Of a DNA stretch of 32,167 nt, positions 8,601 to 18,591 are shown in pieces. This DNA comes from Lenisia limosa (lineage: Eukaryota > Protista > Breviatea), in the NCBI GenBank assembly GCA_001655205.1, contig LPNZ01009785.1, forward strand, positions 1 through 32,167, given 5' to 3'. The notes under the pieces were generated by a model. That model was not told the origin of the DNA and searched no databases. It saw only the letters and a list, made by a program, of their open reading frames with translations. Numbering within the stretch: position 1 is the stretch's first letter; every line of letters begins with the position of its first letter. The translations under genes were made by a program, and so were the position numbers.

Positions 8601-10660
8601 GTTGGTTAAGGACTGACGCTCTCAACGCCAGTCTGCGGCTGTTCACTGCAGCTGCCTCCATCTAAAATATTAGGAGTCGCTTCTTTTTAAAAAGCCTGGA
8701 GCTCAAAAAATCATCAGTAATATTAATACATTCTAAAAAAATTACCAAAATGAAAGTATCTTCGCAACACATGTAATTATAATAAAATGAAAGATGGACA
8801 AATCCCACTTTGGAAGAATATGACGCCATCATTTGATCCGGTGTTGGGAACTGCCTGAAACGATTAATCAAGGCAAGTCAATTAAGGTGATACTATCATG
8901 GTGTCAGCGCAATGTCACATTTGGGTAGTTATTTCAATATTTTTACAGCTTTAACAAGCATGACTTGATCGTAATAAATAGGAGAGATTGTTTCTGTTCT
9001 AAAACATGGGAATTTCGAGAGAAACCAAACACAATTATTTGCTCAACACCCACCTGGATGGTTGCTCAAAGTTGCCGAAAGAAACCGTCCTAGGCTCATC
9101 TTAAATGTTAGAAAATATGCAGTAAAGGAACAATCTGGACTCCTTACGTGAAATACAATCATAAAACTTTCATGTGTCCACTTTTAAAGACAATATGAAA
9201 CCTCTCATCTCAACAAAATTTCCATTTCGCTATCAATTTCTTACCTTTCGAAGTTGGCGCGAATGAGCCGGTAGGTACATTCTCTGATATGTTCTTAAGT
9301 CCATGAAGCAGAACATGGGGCTGCGGGGGGAGTCTGAACGGTAGTGAAATCCGGAAGTGAGTGTATCTTCTCATTCAAATATCGGCATATGTTTTTCTTC
9401 AAATAAGCAAAACATGATGAAAGATGAACAAATAACGCTTTCATTCCAAAAATCAAGATCACTGATTAAGGGTTGCTAACTTATCTGTCAGAAGAAGGGC
9501 ATTCTTGAGAACCGCCAAAGCTATAAAATTATCGCCTAAAAGAGTCACTCCAATTGGACCTAAAACATCTGATCGATAGAATAAGCACACTTAACTGAGA
9601 GTATTTGAGCACCATTTCAAACCCCCGAACCTTGCTCAGTGAGAGACAATGCAAAGCTAATCCCAGATTTAGTACAATCAAGTCTCGCGCCAATGGTATC
9701 CAGGTGCCATCTCTAGTGTATACAAAATGAGCTCAGATGAAAATAACTCACAGTAAATAGCCACAGAGCAGTTTAACTCGTACCTCATCTATAAAAACAA
9801 GAATAATATATGATATTATATTTTCTAAAATGCGGTTTGACTCAGGGCTCCTCGGTTCATCTGTTTTTGTTCCCACCCACCCCTAGCGCCTTGTCTTTGG
9901 CAACTTGAATCATTTCAAAGGCCGCCAGGGCCCCCTCATGGTTTCCCTTCAGAAATGAGTGGGATGTAAAGACGCAATTGAAAAACAAATGGTGGTATCA
10001 CAACGTTACGAATAAGGCTTAAGTGCGGTGCGCTTGGAGCGACATCAACACAATTGCTCATAATTAACAAAAGCAATGGTTGTACGGAAATCAACATTCC
10101 TCCCCCTCCCCAACCTTCTCGGCTTCAACGGTAGCCTGGTTCTGGAGCAGACTTATTAAATGTTGAGCTTCTTCAGAAAGGACTTGTGGTTGATCCATTG
10201 CTGACTTCCTGCAAAGAAGTTAAATGTTTTTTGTGTTATTTTGTGAAACCTTCCCTTCTCACAAGTTAAGACATTCTCAAGGGTTGCATAAATACAGGTC
10301 ATGGTCTATGTTGAATATGACTTCATATGACATAATGTACTGCATGCCGAAGAATCTAATGACATGACCATAATTAATCTCAAATGATGATTAATATTTC
10401 TATTTAATAATAGTATTCTAGTATATAAGAAAAGAGAAACAATGCTGGAAATCGGGGCTGGAGGCTGGCTGGAGCCATCCTGAGCCATCTGATTCCCCCA
10501 GAGGCTCCTCGGGCCGGCCAGCGACCATCGGAGGTACAGGCGTGCAGATGGGTCGGATGGGGAGGCACTCTCTGAACAAACTCCTCGGCTTCGCCGCCCC
10601 AAACCTCAGGTCGGTTTAGAGAGGCTCTGGCGGCAGATACATTGACATCTAAGAACTCCC
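5676..10660 (-). CDS. Large multi-exon TPR-like helical-repeat protein; exon structure at 6660-8300 and the 5' end unresolved
   Basis: Spliced segments have TPR-like patterns: FLKGNHEGALAAFEMIQVAKDKALG (~9860-9950); LRASVLNQLGVTAVS|LNRYHLATSWFEEALTADPASNATSIASTLINLTSVMMALK (~8397-8662); PKPAFAYASKAASLMP (~6580-6650); HHALGQTLAALGKHE|KAAETFDAALTLAKSSLPPGSPLIS...YE* (5676-5975). It may be two genes. Confidence 0.65.
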
Positions 10661-10911
10661 CTTCAAATTGTGCCTCCCCCGTCCCGTTGCCTTCCCTGGC
10701 CGCGGGCTTTCAGATGGGTTTCTTGGGTCAAGGTCGCCCGGGAGTGGTAGGGCCCGTTCCCATCCCATGCCGTTTTCACAGGCCAATCACCTATTCTACT
10801 CACACACCAGCGTGCCACCAGCACACACGCACCCGTCTAATAAACAACGCTGTTCAGAACCTGCCCTTTTTTCGGAGGATTAGCGGAGGAGCTTCCAATC
10901 ATACCACCACT

Positions 10912-13900
10912 ATGACGCCAAACAACCGTGCCCATGTCATAAATTTGGCCATCATCTTAGTGTTGATGTGGGTGGTATTAGTTTTTAAGCCCCCCCCCCC
11001 TCTTCAATCACTTCCTGTAATACCAATAGTTCACGTTTTAGCTTCACCAAGGTTACTGCTTTTCACAGCGCCTCCACTGATGGTGTTCCCGCGGTTAATC
11101 GCTTAAGGTACAGCGGGGACTGTCTTTGTTGTTTATTTTTCATTTCTACATGCCATTATTATTATTATTGTTACTATTATTGTTTTTAGTATTTTTTTGT
11201 AAACTATGTATTGTCTCGTAACTTCTCATCTTACAGCACATGATATTATTGTTGACTGCCGCAGCTGTGTACAAACTAATGCAATTGATCACCATTGAAT
11301 TTAAAAATAATATCACAATATTATGTATTTTTAATAGTAACCTGTTTTAGAATCACTGAAGCTGCTATGGACCCTCAAGACGCTGTTAACAAGGTATGGA
11401 TGGTGTGATACGGAAAGAAGCCTTCCTGCTCTTTTTATCTAATATCACTAATATAAACCATTATTGTGGTCATTATGATAAGAGGTTCCCTATCGTCCCT
11501 AAAACTTTTCTCTATCAATCCATTTTAATATTGATACTTTACATCGCAGTTAACATTAGACCCTACTGAAAATTTAGGAATACCTCACAAACATCATCGA
11601 TAACCTTTCCTTGGTAGGTATCACCACTGCCATTAAAATATCACGGCTTCAGTTTGATTCTACTTTTTTGATGTTATTCTATTATGTTTTTAAAACTATT
11701 TGGTGTGTTGTTAGGGCTTTCCTCAGGGTCCGTGGTGATTTTTGTATTTTCCTTGATGGATGTGGTGTTGCAGAAGCTCTGCTTTCAAAAATCCTTTGAT
11801 TATTTAATGGAAGAGTTGAATTGGGGGTTTTATTTCTGAACTGTACATTACCGACTTTTTCAGTGCACAGCCCCTGTGTGGCCAACAGTTGCGTCCGTTT
11901 CTTGCCTTGAAGGATTCTCGGTCACCCAAGGTTCGGAAGTCCCCGGTTTACCATCTTTGACCATGTTTTGATATGGTATTGTGTTCTATGCCTACCAATG
12001 TCTCAACCCCCCACCCCATCCACGTTCCATCAACAAGAAGCAAAAATACTGCATGATATTCATGTTCTGTAAGGACTACCTCCTTTGTTTCATTTCACAT
12101 ATTTACTAGATAAAATAGTCATGCTGTGCTTATCATTTATCCCACCACCCCACAGGCGGAGTGTGTGCTACGTCATGCCTCTCGCCGGACTTGCCGTACC
12201 CCTCGGTTGCTGCGGTGGAGTGTAGTGCGGGTGTTTGGAATGAAACTGTCGTGTGCTCTGGTATGTAAATAGAGAACCAATGTTAAAGTTATTTCGCGTC
12301 TTCTTGATATTGTGTTTGTTGGCTATCTATCTTTAGCACCGCCTGTGTTTATTAGCGTAAATATTATATCAGTATACATATGCATATCATATACAATATA
12401 TACTATGTAGAAATGAGAAATACAAATAAGTTTTTTCTGTCCACACCATCTCGCTTATGATAACTGGATTATAGTATTATTAATTCCTCCAATCATTTGC
12501 GTTTCAACACCACATCGTATTGACGGTGAGTTGACACTTGGGCTTCACTTCGGTTCGAAAAAAAACCAGAGAAATATCGATAGTTTTCGAGGATTTATCG
12601 AGAAATTCAGTCTTTTTTTCGTACCGAAGTGAAGCCTGAGTTGACACTATCCGACAGCCACACTCATTCCTCACCAATAAGTAGGGCCTCACTTTGGTTC
12701 AAAAAACTGAATTTCTTGATATGTATCTTCGATAAATATCCATATTTTATCCGTCTTTTTCGAACCGAAGTGAAGTACAGTATGTTCCACTTTAATTATT
12801 ATGTAATATGATGTCACATACACATAGTATACATGTATCATATATCATATAGATTTAATGCTAGATCCTCTCTTTTTATCCCATCAGGGTTTCGGTTTTC
12901 AAGAACCAAAATCAGTGTTAGTAAAATTGTTCCACTCAAAATAAAATAAAAATAATTTCCTTTGTTTCACCCATGGTTGCAGTTGAGGCTCCATCATGTG
13001 CCATCGCTGTGGCAGTACATGGCCCGGGTGTACATATCGTGAAGAACGCTGGCCAAGGTATCCACATATTAGATAGATGTGATATGTGTTTGTGTTTTGA
13101 AACGCTCTGTGCACATATATATAAAACGTCACGAAAGTTGGACGTGTTTCAATCAAGTCCATTTTGATATTTTTATTGTACTGCTATTCATTTCACCTAC
13201 CTAGTGTATTGTGATGAAGATGGCTATGGTGTTTTTGCTAGTGTTGCTGGCAGTACTTCAGGCGTTGAGGTAGGGGCGGAATGGTTTTGATGGCAATTTG
13301 AGTATTGAATAAATGTAGTCTTTGTGAGAACTGTCACATAATTGTAGAATCATTCAATTGCTGTGAATGGTACTCCATAAATATGTCTTTCCTTTAACCA
13401 TATCAGAGGTACTTCAATCCTGCCAATGATGTTGCTGCCACTTCCTATACCACTTCTGTAGGCTTTCGGGGTACTAATTTCAGATCTTCCATGACATTAG
13501 AGATATTGAGAAAATGCAGTCTTTTTGTCGTGTACAAGTCTCAATTGTTTTATATTCATCAACGTTACTTCTGTCTACAGTAATCCCTTTATATATTTTC
13601 TGTAGACAATGGGTAAACCTTCCCCTGTCAATCCATCTGGACAGTTACAGTACAGTCACATTACTGCTGGAACACCCATCAGAGTTAGTTGGTAGCAAGA
13701 GTTAACTATTCAATAATGCAGCCCTGTTTCAATTCGCATTTCAATCATTTCTTTTGAAGACATGGATTGGCTCATATCAGTCTATTTTTTTTTGTTATTA
13801 TTTGTTTTTCTACATAAACATGACGCTCTAGATGAAATGTTCTACTAATAGCGGTGCTACTTGGACAACATTCGACATTGATGAAGGTCCGTACATGCGT

Positions 13901-14453
13901 CCCTTCGTTGATATTTGAAACTATCCAGTATACTATTAAGATACATTGTAACTTGTTTTTTTTTTAAAAAAATACAAGCTGGTTATCATCCTAATGAGCA
14001 CTTTTAGCCCCAGTCTTTTCAGTCTGCGGCACATCTCTTATTGATCATGACACATACTATATTATTATTATATCTCAATTACTCCTCCCAAGGTTTATGT
14101 CCACCCCAGGTTTTGCGGACTATTCTGCGGGTGACAAGGGTGACGGGTCTTACAGCGGCATCTGGGGTGTCATCGCAATCTCAATGGTGGGACCAAAAGA
14201 CATCTTTGAGTAGATAATGAATTATCTCCCATTTCATATTTTTTTAATACCTGCTTACAGTTTAGGAATGGTCTCGACACGGAAACAGTATCTGTGGTCC
14301 TTTACAGTCTACCTCCGCCGTAGGGGGGGATGTAACTTGTGCTTCCCTTGTACTTGACTTAGTGGTCTTACCCTTCATGTTACCTCTTTTAGGAGTACAG
14401 TGGAGTTGGAATCTGTCGTGACAGTCCAAACGGATGGCCCACTGTCATGTTAG
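10912..14453 (+). CDS. Secreted or surface protein with a sushi/CCP-like domain followed by a YCD-containing (fibrinogen/lectin-like?) region; exons 10912-10967, 11069-11107, 11351-11393, 11864-11930, 12156-12260, 12983-13057, 13205-13269, 13407-13457, 13832-13886, 14110-...; 3' end uncertain
   Basis: Phase-consistent chain: signal-like MTPNNRAHVINLAIILVLIASTDG...; CTAPVWPTVASVSCLEGFSVTQGGVCATSCLSPDLPYPSVAAVECSAGVWNETVVCS (C..C..G..C/CxxGxW..C pattern); HIVKNAGQVYCDEDGYGVF. Domain names come from motif resemblance only. Confidence 0.7.
12541..12775. mobile_element. Fold-back or MITE-like element with four related arms in alternating orientation, inside intron 12261-12982
   Basis: CTTCACTTCGGTTCGAAAAA (12543-12562) is the perfect reverse complement of TTTTTCGAACCGAAGTGAAG (12756-12775). 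Internal variant arms lie at 12601-12636 and 12689-12717 and are also mutually inverted. No TSD or transposase seen. Confidence 0.55.
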
Positions 14454-14601
14454 CTTCTGAACAATAACCGTTTATATCTTTTCTTCTTTTTTTATTCTAC
14501 TGATTAATGCTTTTGGGGGGATATACTAAAGTAAGAAAATATACTCTTTAAATTCTGTACAGAATGATATCTATCCTAATTATTATAGTAAGTATCTTAT
14601 A

Positions 14602-15149
14602 TCAATAATATTGTATCCTTTCACTAGCGAGGATCAAGGTGGCGATCTCACCCCTCAGGGCAGCGGTCTGGTCCACCAGCTCCGGGACTCTCCTGGGGTG
14701 TGACGGTGACCAAACAGCTGGCTCACAGAGCGACACTTCAAGGTTTGCTGAGCTCAAGGGCTGGATGGTTTTACAGCAAGGGCAAATAAGATATGACATC
14801 TAAAGCGATTATTTTTCAACATGTTGCTACACCATATGCTATCAGATAGTAGAGCTGGATGGTGTCTAGTATTGCTCTATCTATTTGCAACCAATATTTC
14901 CTTTACCACGGCAGTACTCACTGTTTTAGGTTTATGCTCCTTATGAAAGTCTAAACAGTCGATTTCCTCTGGGTTAATTTTTATGTTTCTTTGAATATAT
15001 GATGAAAGTATCTGTTTATTTTGCTGCATTCACAGGTGTCCAGCAGGCTTCTGCTCCCTGTAAAATATACGTATATTCGGTACCCGCCTTGAACTCGACA
15101 GTAGAAGCGAAATTACATTGCCACACTGCCACACAAACATCCTGCAAAC
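14602..15149 (-). CDS. Tentative small gene (CPCC motif plus short coiled-coil-like end); 5' part lost in gap 15150-15222
   Basis: A TTTAG acceptor precedes the open frame MSYLICPCCKTIQPLSS...ELVDQTAALRGEIATLILASERIQYY* (14799-14602). A candidate upstream exon GAEACWTP is in phase 0. A competing + frame is also open here. Confidence 0.3.
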
Positions 15150-15388
15150 NNNNNNNNNNNNNNNNNNNNNNNNNNNNNNNNNNNNNNNNNNNNNNNNNNN
15201 NNNNNNNNNNNNNNNNNNNNNNAATGGTTGTTGTTTCCTTGTTTGAAATCAAAATGTCTCTATCTCACGATCCTCGATCTTTACCCTAGGGTGTATTTTC
15301 TGAGCCCCTTTTCTCTCCATTTTAGGTTAATTAAGAAAAATTGGGTGAAAGTGAGCTTAGATAAAGAAGAACTTTACCTTAATTCAAA

Positions 15389-18300
15389 ATGGTTCCTCAT
15401 AGAAAGAAGCTTCAAGTCATCACACAGGTATAGGAGCGTGCTATCCAATTGCTAATTCTATTTAGGCTCTTTTATCCAGACCACTTTTAACGGAAAAGCA
15501 GTCAAATCGCTTGATTTCTCATCTTTGTGGCGAGGAAGGTAAAGAACAGGCCTTCTATGCTTCTCCACATTTTTATTTTTACTTATTTAACCAATTCAGT
15601 GAATAATGAAGACACAGGAAAAATCATGAGAGAGATCAGCTCAAGACTCAACGTTCTTGGATTTGAAGTATGTTGTATCAATTTCTCTGAAACGCTCACC
15701 TCTTAGATTATTACAAAACGTTTTGGAGATGATGGAGAGATTTATACCGCTATTGTCGCCAATACTAAAGGTGGGCTGGCTTCAGGAAGCAGTTTTTATG
15801 AAGTGGAGTGGGTATTTTATTTAGTGGCAGAAAATGTAAGTTAAATGGTATTATTTATGTTCTACGTACCAGGTACCAGCCATTCCTTTTGGGGTTTAAA
15901 CGAATACAAAAAAAGGCATAAATGATATTGATGGCTGTGAGGAGGGAAAATCTCTGTTTGGAAGAAGGTTCGTTATTTTTTGAGCAGGGATAAATATGTC
16001 ATCTTCTGTCGTAGGGGATGTCCTTTTTCGTAGTAATATACTACATCTACTGTGAAGTATATAAATTTAGAACATTTACACGATGCTGTTTCATAAATCA
16101 CAAAAATAAAACCACCTGTAATATTGGTCACTTTTTAGCCGAGTCTGAGAAGATTGAAGAAAGATCTACCCCCGTAACGCATGATGAGCTCTTTTACGTC
16201 AAGAGAATCGTGGGGAGGGGGTCGAAGAAACTTTTTTTGAGCTTTAAATGTAAGTTATTGATTATACATATTAGGCATGCCTATGACAGTATCATCTGTG
16301 GAACTGTAATGTCCTTCGGGCTTCCAATAAAATTTCACTTAGCCGTGCTCAACTACATCATTAGCGCACGTGTGAAGCATGACAATAGCCGTTTACTCTT
16401 TCAGATTGCTGCAATCCAGGATTCAGAAGACGGCCACTGCAGTCTCAGTGACCTTTCAAATATGTCCATTCCTAAGATGCATTCTAAGGATGTATGGGGG
16501 GGGGGGTGCTCAACTTAAACTCACTTCGTTAAATTCTTCATAACACCTACTTCAATTTTGTACAAGTCGCCACGCTCATCCCCTCCTGTATATTGATATG
16601 ATATGACCTTCCAGTCTGATACCAAAATTCAACAACGATACTTGAACGTTGGCCAAATCGATCGTCTTATTCGATTCCTGGATTCAAGAGTAGGGAGAAC
16701 TCTCTTCCCTAATCTTAATTTTGTGTTTATGGATAAAGAAAAGGACAGCCTTCGAGGGCTGTCCCTATGTCAAGCTTTTGTATAATCACGCAATCTTTTC
16801 AATCATCTTTTCTCGGAGAGGAGGGTGGGGGGGATGATGATCATTGAGGTTTTCTAATACTACAGGGCTACCTAATTATTTCCCATGACGGTCTGCGCTC
16901 GAACGTAGCACTTGGCGTGAGAACAGTCTTCGAACTCGGGCAATTGGTGCCACAACAGCTTCAAAACATCCGTACCTGCGCCATCTGCAAAGACCCTGTT
17001 TTCCAGGTTGGTTACCATTGCTCTCATATGTTTGTTGCAGATATTATCAAAATTATTTTTAATTTTCATACAAAACAATAACTTTCGCACACGCACCTAT
17101 CCATACACAGTATCATGCATGATATTGTGACCCGATGTTGACAGTCAGTTCATTCGTACCAGGAATGGTAAAGAGAAGAAAAGGAATTACGATCCTGTTT
17201 TGTAACACATACTAAGCTTCTCACAGATTTATACTCCTCTTTTTTTTTTTTTTCTTCTCACATTTGCTTCCACGTGTATCTTTAAGATTTGTTAGTCAGT
17301 TTTGGCATGATGCTTCTTTGTTAATTTCTTATTTTTACGGAGTTGTGAGATTAACATTGCAGGGAGACTCGTGCCCAAGTGAAGACTGTCAGGCAACACT
17401 CCATTTCAGATGTAAAAAGGTCTATTTCGAAAAGATGGCCGGCCGTCTGAGGGGTGTTTTGTGGTTGAAAATTGAGTTCATTCCTAAGTCATATCCCGGG
17501 CTTTGACAAGAATACGGTTGTATTTGAAATTGCGCACTATTTATTTTTTTTAGAAAATCTCAAAATAAGAACATGCTTGGCTCTTTTCTTGTAAAATGTA
17601 ATGATAGTCTGAGATTGTTTTCTTTTCTCTTTCGAGCGAGTGCCATTATCTAGTCAAAATGAGATACTGTTTAGGTAAGTGCATTGCACCGGACTGCGAG
17701 CAAGAGTGGGAGGAAAAGTACAAGGCTGATTGTGAACCCGAAGAACCGCCCATGTCGCCCTTGAGGTCCAGGGTGCTTACATTGAGAACTTTTTTCTTGA
17801 AGTTTTTTTTTTTTTGTTTTTTGCCAAAAGAGATTAAACTCCACGAAAAAGCAACACAGTTCTTGTATTTCGTTCAGGGGGCGTGATAGAGATGGGTCTA
17901 CCAGTGGTCTTTTTTTTTATCATAGTATACGTAACCCTTCAGGGTACCTGCTGAAGACGAAGACGCAGTGGGAGACACTGAGGAGCCGCTTCCCAACCTT
18001 GATGGAGTTGGTTTGGGATGATGCTATTGGTTGTTAAACTGGAGTTTTCTTGAGTATTTGTCTTTAAATCACAGTGATCTTACACACCAAAATACTTGAG
18101 CATTTACATGATATATGATATAATTTAATGATAGTTTTGTAATAACATAGTATTCCAGCATCCCAGAACACTACATCTGACCCGTTAAGGCTTTCCCTCA
18201 TCTGGAGCCAATGAATGTCTCTGCAGTTCAGCCTTTGAGAAGAGCCCGTGCGTTGGTAAGGGGGGGGGGGTTGTAGTCTGGCCCATTGGCCGTTGTGGAT

Positions 18301-18416
18301 GACCTGACTAGACCTTGTTCCTCTTCTAATGGAAACATTTCATTTTCTTATTTGCTTAGGCTGATGAGTCAAGTGAGGATGAGGACCAGCCTCGAAGAAG
18401 AAGACGCAGGCAGTAG
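15389..18416 (+). CDS. NSMCE1: Non-structural maintenance of chromosomes element 1 (NSE1; SMC5/6 subunit, winged-helix plus C4HC3 RING); about 12 exons
   Basis: MVPHRKKLQVITQ|ALLSRPLLTEKQ...|VNNEDTGKIMREISSRLNVLGFE|IITKRFGDDGEIYTAIVANTK|...VALGVRTVFEL...RTCAICKDPVFQ|GDSCPSEDCQATLHFRCKKVYF...|GKCIAPDCEQEW...|ADESSEDEDQPRRRRRRQ*. The motif order matches Nse1. Confidence 0.9.
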
Positions 18417-18591
18417 ATATGTAATGTGGTTTCATGATGGTGATGGTACTTTGTTGTATTGTAATTGTATTGTAATAAATTATTAGACTAAATTTATCAA
18501 ATGGCATATTTTACTCTTGCATCAGAAGAGAAACAATATTAAATAACTGCATATAAATAGTTGCTTAAATAAGAAGAAAAGAGGTGGAATT

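Noticed and set aside
8588-8650. tRNA-like fold: GCAGTGA/TCACTGC stem, AGTTGGTTAAGG D-loop-like motif, CTCTCAA loop
   Set aside because: It is only ~62 nt, has no T-arm and a mismatch in the anticodon stem, and fully overlaps a good TPR-like coding exon on the other strand. tRNAscan-SE or ARAGORN would settle it.
10642-11106. 154-aa + ORF as a standalone gene
   Set aside because: It is a composite of antisense TPR-gene sequence, the first exon of the sushi-like gene and intron read-through (poly-Pro from a C-run).
16018-16518. Long ORFs 16018-16518, 23090-23590 and 28530-28988 as single-exon genes
   Set aside because: Each is exon plus read-through intron of NSE1, the XRRA1-like gene and the PLAC8 gene respectively, with internal GT-AG boundaries evident.
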